In this document: positions 25,864 through 37,128 of the stretch, in pieces
How positions within the stretch are numbered: position 1 is the stretch's first letter
Layout: every line of letters starts with the position of its first letter
Assembly: GCF_050320075.1 (NCBI RefSeq)
Contig: NZ_CP190018.1
Origin: Escherichia coli
GTDB taxonomy: Bacteria > Pseudomonadota > Gammaproteobacteria > Enterobacterales > Enterobacteriaceae
Length of the DNA stretch: 64,000 nt
Direction: 5' to 3' (one strand)
The notes under the pieces: model-generated
Databases searched by the model: none
What the model was told of the DNA's origin: nothing
What the model saw: the letters and a program-made list of their open reading frames with translations, nothing else
Made by a program: the position numbers and the translations under genes

Positions 25864-27129
25864 TTAACCTCTATGCTTAATTGTGTTTAACCGGGTGCTA
25901 AATTTACGCTCGCCAAACCGCACATCATTTTCAGGAATAATGAAAACGCGGTAATAGCGGATAAAGACAATAATTGCGGTAATCAGGGCCAGCAGCGCGA
26001 AAGTAAAATCGAGAGCAATGATATATTGCAGGCCGATGTTCGACAGATAACCGGTAATCAGCGGAATAACAAAATTAGCCAGTCCACCCATCATCATATA
26101 TATACTGGTGACTTTGGCTTTGCTTTTTGGGAAAAACTCTGACATGACCGAAACGCCGAGCTGTAAAATGCCGCCAGCTGCTGAGAAACCGATAACAAAG
26201 GCTCCGGCATTACACACCAATGGAGAAGGGTACAGGTAGATAATGGCAGCTGTTATTGTTGCCAGTGCAGAGTTAAATACATTAGCCCAGATGGGCCGGA
26301 CCATTTTTTTCAGCAGTGCGGCAAAAATAAAGACACAGACCAACGAGCCCATACTGTAATAAGAGATGGTTTTTAATGCCTCAGCTTCTGACATACCAGC
26401 AAAAGCCATCGCATATTTGGGCATCCACACCACAATCACATAAAAGGTCGAGAATGCGGCTACACCGAACAGTACTGATGAAACACCTTCCAGCCAGACT
26501 AACGGTTTGCTGTTCATTTGCGGTAATTCATTAGCTACGCTGGCGTCCACCAACTGGCTGGGGAATTTGCTTTTCAACAGCATCAGTGTGATCAGTACAA
26601 ACAGAATACCCGGAATAATCAGCCCATAGCCGTACCAGATGTTATTGAGCAACATATAGCTCACCAGCATTGGGTAGAACATTTGCCCGAATGACACCAT
26701 CGCTTTAACCAGTATGACCGCCGAACCAGAGGCTTTCGGAAAGCATTCCATGAGCGCGGGGTAGCCACCCGTATCCAGCGCTGAGTTAGCGATACCTACG
26801 CACACTGCCAGACAGTAGGCGAGAGTTAAATTCGGGCAAGCGGGAATACCAAAGAAGAATAGCAGATACATTATTACTGCCATTAATATCACCGCCCGAC
26901 GACCAAACTTATCGGAGATCACACCGAAGAATAAAATACTGATCAATCGCCCCAAACCGATACCGGAAATTAAATAGGCAATGCCCGCGTTGTCAGTGGA
27001 AAACTTTTCTGCCAGAGATGACATATTTTGGGCAAGCGTAATAACACTAATGCCGTGCAGGAAATAGCTGAAGTAAATACAAAGAACAGCCAGGATAAAT
27101 GGCGTGCTGAAAGCCTTATTTTGAGACAT
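25864..27129 (-). CDS. ydiN: MFS transporter
   Basis: polytopic membrane ORF; ATG at 27129 (MSQNKAF); GTG two codons upstream also possible. Confidence 0.85.
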
Positions 27130-27355
27130 TTTCACAGCTCCTTGCTGAAAGATAATTTCGTTACCGTACGTATTGTTCTCCGACGGTTCACATAATTACT
27201 ATACTGAAGATGATTTTCCCTGGGTACATGGCATAAAGTTTATGTTTCCAGGAATATTGCATGTCATAGTTTGTTTTTTATCGCGATTTTCGTTAGTTGG
27301 CGCAGAAAGAGTTATTTATCCGTAAGATCTTGCATGACCTGAAAAGAATATTGCA

Positions 27356-28570
27356 TTACCCACCCGGAGCGACATTTTCCTTTAGCGAGTGATGCCGCGT
27401 TTCTTTGCGGCTGCGTAAGCCGATAAACAGTGCCAGTAAAAAGCCGATGGCAGCGATGGCGGTATCGAACCACATAATATCGGCAATACTTCTTTGGGAC
27501 AGATGAGCCGTAATCAACGGAATAGTAAAGGTCGCAATACTGCCCGCACTGTAATAGATCCCTGTAGCTTTACCTTTAGCGTAGGGGAAACGTTCAGCCA
27601 TTAATGTCAGGCCAATTTGCACAACACCTCCAGCAGAGGTAAAACCAATGACAAAAGCAAATATTATCACCACATAAAATGTGGGATGCAGGCAGACGGT
27701 AAACAGAGCAGTAAATGAGATAAAGGTGTACAGCATGAGTAATGTTGTTGCTCGAACGGTATTACGAATGAGTGGAGCGGTAATAAATACACAAAGCAGC
27801 GAACCCACGGTGTAGATACTGAGTAGTTTGATCGACATAGTGTATGACATGCCTGCAACAAATTGTCCGTACTGTGCCAGCCACTGGCTAACCAGATAAA
27901 ACGTTGCCATTGAGATATAGCCATATAAGGTATAACTGGCTAAATCGATTATTGAGCAGCGATGTTCCGTAGAGCTGGTGGTTTTCTTTATGACAGGTAA
28001 GCGACGACCCGGATGGGGTGGGAACGTACAACGGTATAAAAACAGAGCGTTAATAAACATAATGCCTGCGGCAATCATAAAGGACCAACCGAACCACAGT
28101 TCAGCCCACACTAACAGGCTAATGATTAGCGGTAATAAAAATTGCCCGCTGGAAACAAATGCTTTAATTAAAATATTGGCTGTACCCGGTGAGCGTGGAA
28201 AAGCTTCCATCAAACTGGGATAGGTGCCTGCATCGAGAAAACTGTTTGCCATTCCCGCCAGAAAGCCAAAAACATAAGCGATAATGATGTTATTGGTGTG
28301 CAGGATGCCAAAAAAGAAGGCCATATAGCAACACATCCCGAGCATGATAAAAGGGCGGCGACCAAAGCGATCGGATAATAATCCTGCAAAAAGCAAGACA
28401 CTTAATCGACCAATACCCAGCGATGAGATAACTATTGAGACGCCTGCGGCATTAGTCTGCCAAAGCGTCTCCAGCGAGGCCATATTCAGGCTCATCAAAA
28501 TGACGCCCATACCATGCACCAGGTAATTAAAATACAACCCCAGTGCGGTAGGGAAATAGGGATTTTTCAT
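27356..28570 (-). CDS. ydiM: MFS transporter
   Basis: 404-aa polytopic membrane ORF. Confidence 0.85.
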   Translation of the reverse strand: MKNPYFPTALGLYFNYLVHGMGVILMSLNMASLETLWQTNAAGVSIVISSLGIGRLSVLLFAGLLSDRFGRRPFIMLGMCCYMAFFFGILHTNNIIIAYVFGFLAGMANSFLDAGTYPSLMEAFPRSPGTANILIKAFVSSGQFLLPLIISLLVWAELWFGWSFMIAAGIMFINALFLYRCTFPPHPGRRLPVIKKTTSSTEHRCSIIDLASYTLYGYISMATFYLVSQWLAQYGQFVAGMSYTMSIKLLSIYTVGSLLCVFITAPLIRNTVRATTLLMLYTFISFTALFTVCLHPTFYVVIIFAFVIGFTSAGGVVQIGLTLMAERFPYAKGKATGIYYSAGSIATFTIPLITAHLSQRSIADIMWFDTAIAAIGFLLALFIGLRSRKETRHHSLKENVAPGG

Positions 28571-28668
28571 AGGTTCTACTTAGCAAAGGTGCTTTAAAAA
28601 GTGAAGCGATGTTGTGTCAGCATCCGTTCATTATTGTTGTAACAACGACAATTCCTTTCTTTGGAAAA

Positions 28669-29025
28669 TTAACAAAGGCGCTCCAGATCGTGTGCATATA
28701 ATTCAGCGGCTACCGATTGATAGATCTTCCAGTCAATAAAATTGCCATCAGGGTAGACTTGTTGAAACGCGGTTAAGTCGGGGAAAAAACGCATGGTGTT
28801 GTTGCCGATGCGGTTATTTATTTTCTCTATGATGGCATGAAGATGTTTTTTTCTTTGCTGACGCATAGCCAACAGTTGCTCGACTACACGATCAGGAATG
28901 GCGTATTTGCCATTTTCCCACTGACGCCAGCTTTCACTGTCACCGGTCTGGGCAATCCAGGTCGCGCATTCATCAATAGTCATGGCAAAAATATGGCGGA
29001 GTGCCTGGAGTTCATAAGCGTTCAT
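28669..29025 (-). CDS. ydiL: DUF1870 HTH-like protein
   Basis: start at ATG 29025 (MNAYELQALRHIF, 118 aa); track ORF begins at upstream TTG. Confidence 0.8.
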   Translation of the reverse strand: MNAYELQALRHIFAMTIDECATWIAQTGDSESWRQWENGKYAIPDRVVEQLLAMRQQRKKHLHAIIEKINNRIGNNTMRFFPDLTAFQQVYPDGNFIDWKIYQSVAAELYAHDLERLC

Positions 29026-29163
29026 CGTGTAATGGCTGCATGAAATAAACAATAAAATATAAATAACATTATCAGCCTGCTGACGGCTTGAAGAGAGTCA
29101 CAGTATCTTGTGCAACATTATTGGAAAGCGTGAGGGGCGAGGTAGCGAAGCGGAAAAATGTTA

Positions 29164-29268
29164 AAAAAAAGCCCATCGTGGGAGATGGGCAAAGACTACA
29201 CACAGCAATTCGTTGTTTCACTCAGGGGATTTCCATGCTTATAAATCAATATGTTGATTTATAACCGT
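29164..29268 (-). ncRNA. rprA: RprA small RNA (RpoS translational activator)
   Basis: minus-strand sequence ACGGTTATAAATCAACATATTGATTTATAAGCATGGAAATCCCCTGAGTG...CCCATCTCCCACGATGGGCTTTTTTT matches my recollection of rprA, including the terminator. Confidence 0.85.
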
Positions 29269-29453
29269 GAGCTAATAGTAGGCATACGGACTTTTTGCGT
29301 CGATCAGATTCGTCTCATTAGTTTAAAAACTGTAAAGAATTTGCGACAGGTACTACCAGCTGAATGGCGGTAAGCAGGAAAATATGGGGAAGAGCAAGCA
29401 AATATCAATTAGCAGGGGTTAACAATCAGGCGGCAGAGCCGCCTGATGAGAAA

Positions 29454-30566
29454 TTACTTATTCGGTTTCTCGATTTCGCCAAGTTCTTCGAGAACTTCTT
29501 CCGGTTGGTCAGTCGGCGGTGGGACTTCTTCCACCCACGCGGCAAAAAGACGCCAGGAAACGGCTAACAGAACCGGACCAATAAACAGGCCGATCATCCC
29601 GAAAGCAATCAAACCACCAATAACGCCAGAGAGAATCAGGATCAGCGGTAAATCGGCACCCATGCGAATTAACATTGGGCGGATGACGTTATCCAGCGTG
29701 CCAACCACACCGCTCCACACTAACAATACCGTTCCCCAGGTGGTATCGCCAGTCCAGTAGAGCCAGATAATCGCCGGAATCAGTACCGGCAACGGTCCAA
29801 GCTGGACAAGGCAGGAGAGGATCATTAACACCGTGAGCAAAGTTGCATAAGGTACGCCGGATACGGCGAGGCCGATACCGCCAAGCACTGCCTGTACTAA
29901 CGCTGTCACCACAACACCCAGCGCCACCGCGCGGATAGCTTGTGCCGCCAGCAGCACGGCGGCATCTCCACGAACGCCTGCCAGACGGGTTGCAAAATGG
30001 CGAATGCCTTGCGCCACTTGTTCACCGCGCCAGTACAGCAGGGCGCTGAAGAGAAGCATCAGCGCACAATGCACCATAAAGCGCCCGATATGCGCCGCCT
30101 GCCCAACGAACCAGGTGGTGGTGGTGCCAATATAAGGACGGACTTTTGCCATGATCGCCGTCCCCCCCATATCCAGCAAGTTGTGCCAGCCTGCATACAG
30201 CTTCGCGCCAATCACCGGAATGGTATTAAGCCACGCCAGATCGGGTAACGTCATGTCACCGCTGGAAATGGCTTTAATTAGCGGGCCGCTGCCGTCGACG
30301 ATACTGTTAACCAGCAAGGCAATAGGGATGATAAACACCATCACTAATAACAGCGTCATCACCAGAACGGCGAGAGAGCGGCGACCAAACATGATCTTTT
30401 GCAAACGTAACAATACCGGCCAGGTGGCGATAACCACCGTACCAGCCCATGCAAAGCCGAGAATAAAGGGTTGTACAATCCACAGACATGCCACAATCAT
30501 GATGGCTAAAAAAAGCACCGAAAGCAGAATTTGTGCGACATCCCTGGGCTGACGAACATTTACCAT
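29454..30566 (-). CDS. ydiK: AI-2E/PerM family membrane transporter
   Basis: 370-aa polytopic membrane ORF. Confidence 0.88.
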   Translation of the reverse strand: MVNVRQPRDVAQILLSVLFLAIMIVACLWIVQPFILGFAWAGTVVIATWPVLLRLQKIMFGRRSLAVLVMTLLLVMVFIIPIALLVNSIVDGSGPLIKAISSGDMTLPDLAWLNTIPVIGAKLYAGWHNLLDMGGTAIMAKVRPYIGTTTTWFVGQAAHIGRFMVHCALMLLFSALLYWRGEQVAQGIRHFATRLAGVRGDAAVLLAAQAIRAVALGVVVTALVQAVLGGIGLAVSGVPYATLLTVLMILSCLVQLGPLPVLIPAIIWLYWTGDTTWGTVLLVWSGVVGTLDNVIRPMLIRMGADLPLILILSGVIGGLIAFGMIGLFIGPVLLAVSWRLFAAWVEEVPPPTDQPEEVLEELGEIEKPNK

Positions 30567-30739
30567 AACTACTTTTCACCTTTTTTGTGCGTCAAATCGT
30601 CGACGCGACGTGAACACGCGAAACTCACCTGCATAATGATGAGCAATTTCAGCGGTTTTTAACAGGCCGATTCTGCCCTTAATTCTGATGGGCGTGTTAG
30701 AAAAAAATGTGGTACAACAACTCAGGCAACACGCAAACG

Positions 30740-30868
30740 ATTTACTCGTCGTATTTCAAGTTGCATGTGCTGCGGCTACGTTCGTTCACCCCAGTCACTT
30801 ACTATTGTAAGCTCCTGGAGTTCACTCGCTTGCCGCCTTCCTGCAACTCGAAATCCATAGAGTAAATA
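30740..30868. repeat. ERIC (IRU) enterobacterial repetitive intergenic consensus element
   Basis: contains TCACCCCAGTCACTTACT and TGTAAGCTCCTGGAGTTCAC, near-matches to the ERIC2 and ERIC1R primer sites as recalled. Confidence 0.7.
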
Positions 30869-30954
30869 AACATCACCTTTCAGTGCGCTATTGCAGCAGC
30901 CTGAAAGAATAGTGTATCGACCTACATCACAGACCGCAGGAAAGGGTCAATATA

Positions 30955-33900
30955 ATGATTCCACAGATTTCCCAGGCACCCGGCGTCGTTCAACTGGTGC
31001 TTAATTTTTTGCAAGAGCTGGAGCAACAAGGTTTTACCGGCGATACGGCGACAAGTTATGCCGATCGTCTGACAATGTCGACCGACAACAGTATTTACCA
31101 ACTTCTCCCCGATGCGGTGGTATTTCCGCGTTCAACCGCAGATGTGGCGCTGATCGCCCGTCTTGCCGCGCAGGAACGCTATTCATCGCTGATCTTTACC
31201 CCCCGCGGCGGCGGCACCGGCACTAACGGTCAGGCGCTCAACCAGGGGATTATTGTTGATATGTCCCGCCATATGAACCGCATCATCGAAATTAACCCTG
31301 AAGAGGGCTGGGTGCGCGTTGAGGCCGGGGTGATAAAAGATCAACTCAATCAGTACCTGAAACCGTTCGGCTACTTTTTTGCGCCGGAACTTTCGACCAG
31401 CAACCGGGCAACGCTCGGTGGGATGATCAATACCGATGCATCCGGTCAGGGATCGCTGGTCTATGGCAAAACGTCAGATCACGTACTTGGCGTACGCGCG
31501 GTGTTGTTGGGGGGCGATATTCTCGATACGCAACCTTTACCCGTCGAACTGGCAGAAACGCTGGGTAAAACCAATACCGCAATCGGGCGAATTTATAACA
31601 CGGTTTATCAACGTTGCCGTCAGCAACGCCAGTTAATCATCGACAACTTCCCCAAACTTAACCGCTTTCTTACCGGTTACGATCTGCGTCATGTCTTTAA
31701 CGATGAGATGACCGAGTTCGACCTGACGCGCATTCTGACGGGTTCAGAAGGGACGCTGGCCTTTATTACCGAAGCGCGGCTGGATATTACGCGCTTGCCT
31801 AAAGTGCGGCGTCTGGTGAACGTCAAATATGACTCTTTTGACTCCGCGCTGCGTAACGCGCCGTTTATGGTTGAGGCGCGGGCGCTTTCGGTAGAGACGG
31901 TGGACTCAAAAGTGCTGAATCTGGCGCGGGAAGATATTGTCTGGCATTCCGTCAGCGAGTTGATTACCGATGTGCCTGACAAAGAGATGCTCGGGCTGAA
32001 CATTGTGGAATTTGCTGGTGATGATGAGGCGCTGATTGACGAGCGAGTTAATGCACTCTGTGTGCGGCTTGATGAGCTGATTGCCAGCCAACAGGCGGGG
32101 GTGATTGGCTGGCAGGTGTGCCGCGATCTGGCGGGTGTTGAACGTATCTATGCGATGCGCAAAAAAGCTGTCGGCCTGCTCGGTAATGCCAAAGGAGCAG
32201 CCAAGCCAATTCCGTTTGCTGAGGATACCTGCGTACCGCCGGAACATCTGGCCGATTATATTGCTGAATTTCGCGCGCTGCTCGACAGCCACGGCTTAAG
32301 CTACGGTATGTTCGGTCACGTCGACGCAGGTGTCTTGCACGTCCGTCCTGCGCTGGATATGTGCGATCCGCAACAAGAGATTTTGATGAAGCAAATCTCT
32401 GATGACGTAGTGGCGCTTACCGCGAAATACGGTGGTTTGTTGTGGGGCGAGCACGGCAAAGGTTTTCGCGCTGAATACAGCCCGGCGTTTTTCGGTGAGG
32501 AACTTTTTGCAGAACTGCGCAAAGTGAAAGCGGCATTTGACCCGCATAACCGACTCAACCCAGGGAAGATTTGCCCGCCAGAAGGTCTCGATGCGCCGAT
32601 GATGAAAGTGGACGCGGTGAAGCGCGGTACATTCGATCGGCAGATCCCCATTGCGGTACGCCAGCAGTGGCGCGGTGCGATGGAGTGTAACGGCAACGGT
32701 TTATGCTTCAACTTTGATGTCCGTAGTCCGATGTGTCCGTCGATGAAGATCACCCAGAACCGGATTCATTCACCGAAAGGGCGCGCAACGCTGGTGCGTG
32801 AATGGCTGCGCTTGTTGGCGGATCGCGGCGTTGACCCACTCAAACTAGAACAAGAACTGCCTGAATCCGGCGTCAGTTTGCGGACGTTAATTGCCCGCAC
32901 GCGCAATAGCTGGCATGCGAATAAAGGCGAATACGACTTCTCACACGAAGTCAAAGAGGCAATGTCGGGCTGTCTGGCCTGTAAAGCGTGTTCGACCCAG
33001 TGCCCCATCAAAATTGATGTGCCGGAGTTTCGCTCTCGTTTTCTGCAGCTCTATCACACCCGTTATTTACGCCCGCTTCGCGACCACCTCGTTGCTACGG
33101 TCGAGAGCTACGCACCGCTGATGGCACGCGCGCCGAAAACCTTTAACTTCTTCATTAACCAGCCGCTGGTGCGCAAACTCTCGGAAAAACATATCGGCAT
33201 GGTTGATTTGCCACTGCTGTCAGTCCCCTCGCTACAACAACAAATGGTGGGGCATCGCTCGGCGAATATGACGCTGGAACAGCTTGAAGCTCTCAATGCA
33301 GAGCAGAAAGCGCGCACGGTGTTGGTGGTGCAGGACCCCTTTACCAGCTATTACGATGCACAAGTGCTGGCGGATTTTGTCCGTCTGGTTGAAAAATTAG
33401 GATTCCAGCCTGTGTTACTGCCATTTTCGCCAAATGGCAAAGCCCAGCATATCAAAGGCTTTCTTAATCGTTTTGCGAAGACGGCGAAAAAGACGGCGGA
33501 TTTCCTCAACCGTATGGCGAAGCTGGGGATGCCAATGGTGGGCGTCGATCCGGCGCTGGTACTTTGTTATCGCGATGAATATAAACTGGCGCTGGGCGAG
33601 GAACGTGGCGAGTTTAACGTCTTACTGGCGAATGAATGGCTGGCAAGCGCACTTGAGTCACAGCCAGTGGCTACAGTCAGCGGTGAATCATGGTATTTCT
33701 TTGGTCACTGTACCGAAGTTACCGCTTTGCCGGGCGCGCCAGCACAATGGGCCGCGATATTTGCCCGTTTTGGCGCGAAACTGGAAAATGTCAGCGTGGG
33801 TTGCTGCGGCATGGCAGGGACTTACGGACATGAAGCGAAAAACCATAAAAATTCGCTCGGGATCTATGAGTTATCCTGGCATCAGGCGATGCAGCGACTG

Positions 33901-34011
33901 CCGCGTAATCGCTGTCTGGCGACCGGATATTCCTGCCGTAGCCAGGTAAAACGGGTCGAAGGCACGGGGGTACGCCATCCTGTGCAGGCTTTACTGGAGA
34001 TTATTAAATGA
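30955..34011 (+). CDS. ydiJ: FAD-linked oxidase fused to 4Fe-4S/CCG domains (reported D-2-hydroxyglutarate dehydrogenase)
   Basis: 1018-aa ORF with N-terminal FAD-binding domain and C-terminal Cys clusters. Confidence 0.9.
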   Translation: MIPQISQAPGVVQLVLNFLQELEQQGFTGDTATSYADRLTMSTDNSIYQLLPDAVVFPRSTADVALIARLAAQERYSSLIFTPRGGGTGTNGQALNQGIIVDMSRHMNRIIEINPEEGWVRVEAGVIKDQLNQYLKPFGYFFAPELSTSNRATLGGMINTDASGQGSLVYGKTSDHVLGVRAVLLGGDILDTQPLPVELAETLGKTNTAIGRIYNTVYQRCRQQRQLIIDNFPKLNRFLTGYDLRHVFNDEMTEFDLTRILTGSEGTLAFITEARLDITRLPKVRRLVNVKYDSFDSALRNAPFMVEARALSVETVDSKVLNLAREDIVWHSVSELITDVPDKEMLGLNIVEFAGDDEALIDERVNALCVRLDELIASQQAGVIGWQVCRDLAGVERIYAMRKKAVGLLGNAKGAAKPIPFAEDTCVPPEHLADYIAEFRALLDSHGLSYGMFGHVDAGVLHVRPALDMCDPQQEILMKQISDDVVALTAKYGGLLWGEHGKGFRAEYSPAFFGEELFAELRKVKAAFDPHNRLNPGKICPPEGLDAPMMKVDAVKRGTFDRQIPIAVRQQWRGAMECNGNGLCFNFDVRSPMCPSMKITQNRIHSPKGRATLVREWLRLLADRGVDPLKLEQELPESGVSLRTLIARTRNSWHANKGEYDFSHEVKEAMSGCLACKACSTQCPIKIDVPEFRSRFLQLYHTRYLRPLRDHLVATVESYAPLMARAPKTFNFFINQPLVRKLSEKHIGMVDLPLLSVPSLQQQMVGHRSANMTLEQLEALNAEQKARTVLVVQDPFTSYYDAQVLADFVRLVEKLGFQPVLLPFSPNGKAQHIKGFLNRFAKTAKKTADFLNRMAKLGMPMVGVDPALVLCYRDEYKLALGEERGEFNVLLANEWLASALESQPVATVSGESWYFFGHCTEVTALPGAPAQWAAIFARFGAKLENVSVGCCGMAGTYGHEAKNHKNSLGIYELSWHQAMQRLPRNRCLATGYSCRSQVKRVEGTGVRHPVQALLEIIK

Positions 34012-34418
34012 TATGGAAACGAAAAATCACCCTGGAAGCACTGAATGCCATGGGTGAAGGAAACATGGTGGGGTTGCTGGATATTCGCTTTGAACATATT
34101 GGTGATGACACCCTTGAAGCGACAATGCCAGTAGACTCGCGGACAAAGCAGCCTTTCGGGTTGCTGCATGGAGGGGCATCCGTGGTACTGGCCGAAAGTA
34201 TCGGTTCCGTTGCCGGTTATTTATGTACCGAAGGTGAGCAAAAGGTGGTTGGTCTGGAAATCAATGCTAACCACGTCCGCTCGGCACGAGAAGGGCGGGT
34301 GCGCGGCGTATGCAAACCGTTGCATCTCGGTTCGCGTCACCAGGTCTGGCAGATTGAAATCTTCGATGAGAAAGGGCGTTTGTGCTGTTCGGCACGATTG
34401 ACGACCGCCATTTTGTGA
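34008..34418 (+). CDS. menI: 1,4-dihydroxy-2-naphthoyl-CoA hydrolase (hotdog thioesterase)
   Basis: 136-aa ORF, PaaI-type fold; ATGA overlap with ydiJ. Confidence 0.9.
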   Translation: MIWKRKITLEALNAMGEGNMVGLLDIRFEHIGDDTLEATMPVDSRTKQPFGLLHGGASVVLAESIGSVAGYLCTEGEQKVVGLEINANHVRSAREGRVRGVCKPLHLGSRHQVWQIEIFDEKGRLCCSARLTTAIL

Positions 34419-34517
34419 CGTTGTCACCAGAAAAGTGTGACGCATATTGCTTTTGGTCATTATCTGCACAGTAAACGGTGGTATACTGTGCAGGTCTTGT
34501 CTAAAAGCGAGGATGCT

Positions 34518-34706
34518 ATGTCTACTCAACTTGATCCCACCCAGCTGGCCATTGAATTTTTACGCCGTGACCAAAGCAATCTTTCACCTGCCCAATATCT
34601 CAAACGTCTGAAACAACTAGAACTTGAATTTGCTGACCTGCTTACTCTCTCTTCTGCTGAATTAAAAGAAGAAATCTACTTTGCCTGGCGTCTGGGCGTG
34701 CATTGA
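34518..34706 (+). CDS. ydiH: small uncharacterised protein YdiH
   Basis: 62-aa product from ATG 34518 with GAGGA SD; track ORF extends upstream. Confidence 0.7.
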   Translation: MSTQLDPTQLAIEFLRRDQSNLSPAQYLKRLKQLELEFADLLTLSSAELKEEIYFAWRLGVH

Positions 34707-34904
34707 TCCTGACTTGATGCCGCAATTTCGCCAAATCGACCTTGATTAACCTCCGTCCAGGTTCGATGGCCTTCTTAATACTGCTTATCTACCCGCCTGA
34801 TATTGTTCAAAAATAATACTAATCGCAGTTTGTGTTAAAACGGCGGGTTAGCTTTATGAGATTATTCTTATCGCCCCTTCAAGAGCTAAGCCACTGAGAG
34901 TGCC

Positions 34905-34975
34905 GGAGATAAGCGCCGGATGGGGTAGAAACCCTTAAGCCTGTGTCGCACAGACTTAAGGGTTTTCTTATTTCT
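34905..34975 (+). ncRNA. rydB: candidate RydB small RNA
   Basis: ydiH-sufA intergenic position where rydB is annotated in K-12; hairpin ACCCTTAAGCCTGTG/CACAGACTTAAGGGT followed by TTTTCTTATTT; 5' end and identity not verifiable from memory. Confidence 0.35.
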
Positions 34976-35193
34976 GAACGCTGCACTTTTTTACCTATCT
35001 CTTAAATAGTCATTTTCAATACAACTTTTTCTTTTTCATCACAGCCTTAATGCTCCTTAGATAATAATCATTATCTAACAATGAGATACCTAATTCTTAG
35101 CGTGCCTGTTAACCCACACATCAGGGTCTATGCTTATTAAAAGCAGGAAAAAAGCATGTTTTACGGTAAAGCCCCTGCGTTTGCTGGGTTGAA

Positions 35194-35212
35194 CTGATAA
35201 TCATTATCACTA
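35194..35212. promoter_or_regulatory. Fur box in suf operon promoter
   Basis: TGATAATCATTATCAC, close match to the Fur consensus core, 45-60 bp upstream of sufA ATG. Confidence 0.65.
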
Positions 35213-35254
35213 ACATGCTGTTATACGCTGAAAGCGATGAAGTGAGGTAAATCG

Positions 35255-35623
35255 ATGGACATGCATTCAGGAACCTTTAATCCACAGGATTTCGCCTGGC
35301 AGGGCTTAACGCTGACACCCGCAGCCGCTGTCCACATCCGCGAGCTGGTGGCAAAGCAGCCGGGTATGGTCGGCGTGCGCTTAGGCGTGAAGCAAACGGG
35401 CTGCGCGGGCTTTGGCTATGTGCTCGACAGTGTTAGCGAGCCGGACAAAGACGATCTGCTGTTTGAACACGACGGCGCGAAGCTGTTTGTCCCGCTGCAA
35501 GCGATGCCGTTTATTGATGGCACGGAAGTCGATTTTGTTCGTGAAGGACTTAATCAGATATTCAAATTTCACAACCCTAAAGCCCAGAATGAATGTGGCT
35601 GTGGCGAAAGCTTTGGGGTATAG
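35255..35623 (+). CDS. sufA: Fe-S cluster A-type carrier
   Basis: 122-aa ORF with C-terminal CGCGESF motif. Confidence 0.95.
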   Translation: MDMHSGTFNPQDFAWQGLTLTPAAAVHIRELVAKQPGMVGVRLGVKQTGCAGFGYVLDSVSEPDKDDLLFEHDGAKLFVPLQAMPFIDGTEVDFVREGLNQIFKFHNPKAQNECGCGESFGV

Positions 35624-35631
35624 GCGGTACT

Positions 35632-37119
35632 ATGTCTCGTAATACTGAAGCAACTGACGATGTCAAAACCTGGACCGGCGGCCCGCTGAATTATAAAGAA
35701 GGATTCTTCACCCAGTTAGCCACCGATGAGCTGGCAAAGGGGATAAACGAAGAGGTGGTGCGCGCAATTTCGGCGAAGCGTAATGAGCCGGAGTGGATGC
35801 TGGAGTTTCGTCTCAACGCCTATCGCGCATGGCTGGAGATGGAAGAACCGCACTGGTTGAAAGCGCACTACAACAAGCTGAATTATCAGGATTACAGCTA
35901 CTACTCAGCACCATCGTGCGGTAATTGTGACGACACTTGTGCGTCTGAACCCGGCGTGGTGCAGCAAACTGGCGCGAACGCCTTTTTAAGTAAAGAGGTG
36001 GAGGCGGCGTTTGAGCAGTTGGGCGTTCCCGTGCGGGAAGGCAAAGAGGTGGCGGTGGACGCCATTTTCGACTCTGTTTCGGTTGCCACCACTTATCGCG
36101 AAAAACTGGCGGAGCAGGGAATTATTTTCTGTTCCTTTGGCGAGGCGATCCACGATCACCCGGAACTGGTGCGTAAATATCTCGGCACCGTGGTGCCGGG
36201 GAATGACAACTTCTTTGCCGCACTTAATGCGGCGGTAGCCTCTGACGGTACGTTTATTTATGTGCCTAAAGGCGTGCGCTGCCCGATGGAACTTTCCACC
36301 TATTTTCGTATTAACGCGGAAAAAACCGGGCAGTTTGAGCGCACCATTCTGGTGGCCGACGAAGACAGCTACGTTAGCTACATTGAAGGCTGTTCCGCTC
36401 CGGTGCGTGACAGCTATCAGTTACACGCGGCGGTGGTGGAAGTCATCATCCATAAAAACGCCGAGGTGAAATATTCCACGGTACAAAACTGGTTCCCTGG
36501 CGATAACAACACCGGCGGTATTCTCAACTTCGTCACCAAGCGTGCTTTGTGCGAAGGCGAAAACAGCAAAATGTCATGGACGCAATCAGAAACCGGGTCA
36601 GCGATTACGTGGAAATATCCCAGCTGTATTTTGCGCGGCGATAACTCCATTGGTGAGTTTTACTCAGTGGCGCTGACCAGCGGTCATCAGCAAGCGGATA
36701 CCGGCACCAAGATGATCCACATCGGTAAAAACACTAAATCGACCATTATCTCGAAAGGGATCTCTGCCGGACATAGTCAGAACAGTTATCGCGGCTTAGT
36801 GAAAATCATGCCGACGGCAACCAATGCGCGCAATTTCACTCAGTGCGACTCAATGCTGATTGGCGCTAATTGTGGGGCGCATACCTTCCCGTATGTCGAA
36901 TGTCGCAATAACAGCGCACAACTGGAGCACGAGGCAACAACATCACGTATTGGTGAAGATCAACTGTTTTACTGCCTGCAACGCGGGATCAGCGAAGAAG
37001 ACGCCATCTCGATGATTGTTAACGGTTTCTGCAAAGACGTGTTCTCAGAACTGCCGCTGGAATTTGCCGTTGAAGCACAAAAACTCCTCGCCATCAGTCT
37101 TGAACACAGCGTCGGATAA
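35632..37119 (+). CDS. sufB: Fe-S cluster assembly scaffold SufB
   Basis: start at ATG 35632 ([16 protein letters not shown], 495 aa). Confidence 0.95.
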   Translation: MSRNTEATDDVKTWTGGPLNYKEGFFTQLATDELAKGINEEVVRAISAKRNEPEWMLEFRLNAYRAWLEMEEPHWLKAHYNKLNYQDYSYYSAPSCGNCDDTCASEPGVVQQTGANAFLSKEVEAAFEQLGVPVREGKEVAVDAIFDSVSVATTYREKLAEQGIIFCSFGEAIHDHPELVRKYLGTVVPGNDNFFAALNAAVASDGTFIYVPKGVRCPMELSTYFRINAEKTGQFERTILVADEDSYVSYIEGCSAPVRDSYQLHAAVVEVIIHKNAEVKYSTVQNWFPGDNNTGGILNFVTKRALCEGENSKMSWTQSETGSAITWKYPSCILRGDNSIGEFYSVALTSGHQQADTGTKMIHIGKNTKSTIISKGISAGHSQNSYRGLVKIMPTATNARNFTQCDSMLIGANCGAHTFPYVECRNNSAQLEHEATTSRIGEDQLFYCLQRGISEEDAISMIVNGFCKDVFSELPLEFAVEAQKLLAISLEHSVG

Positions 37120-37128
37120 GGAATAAAC

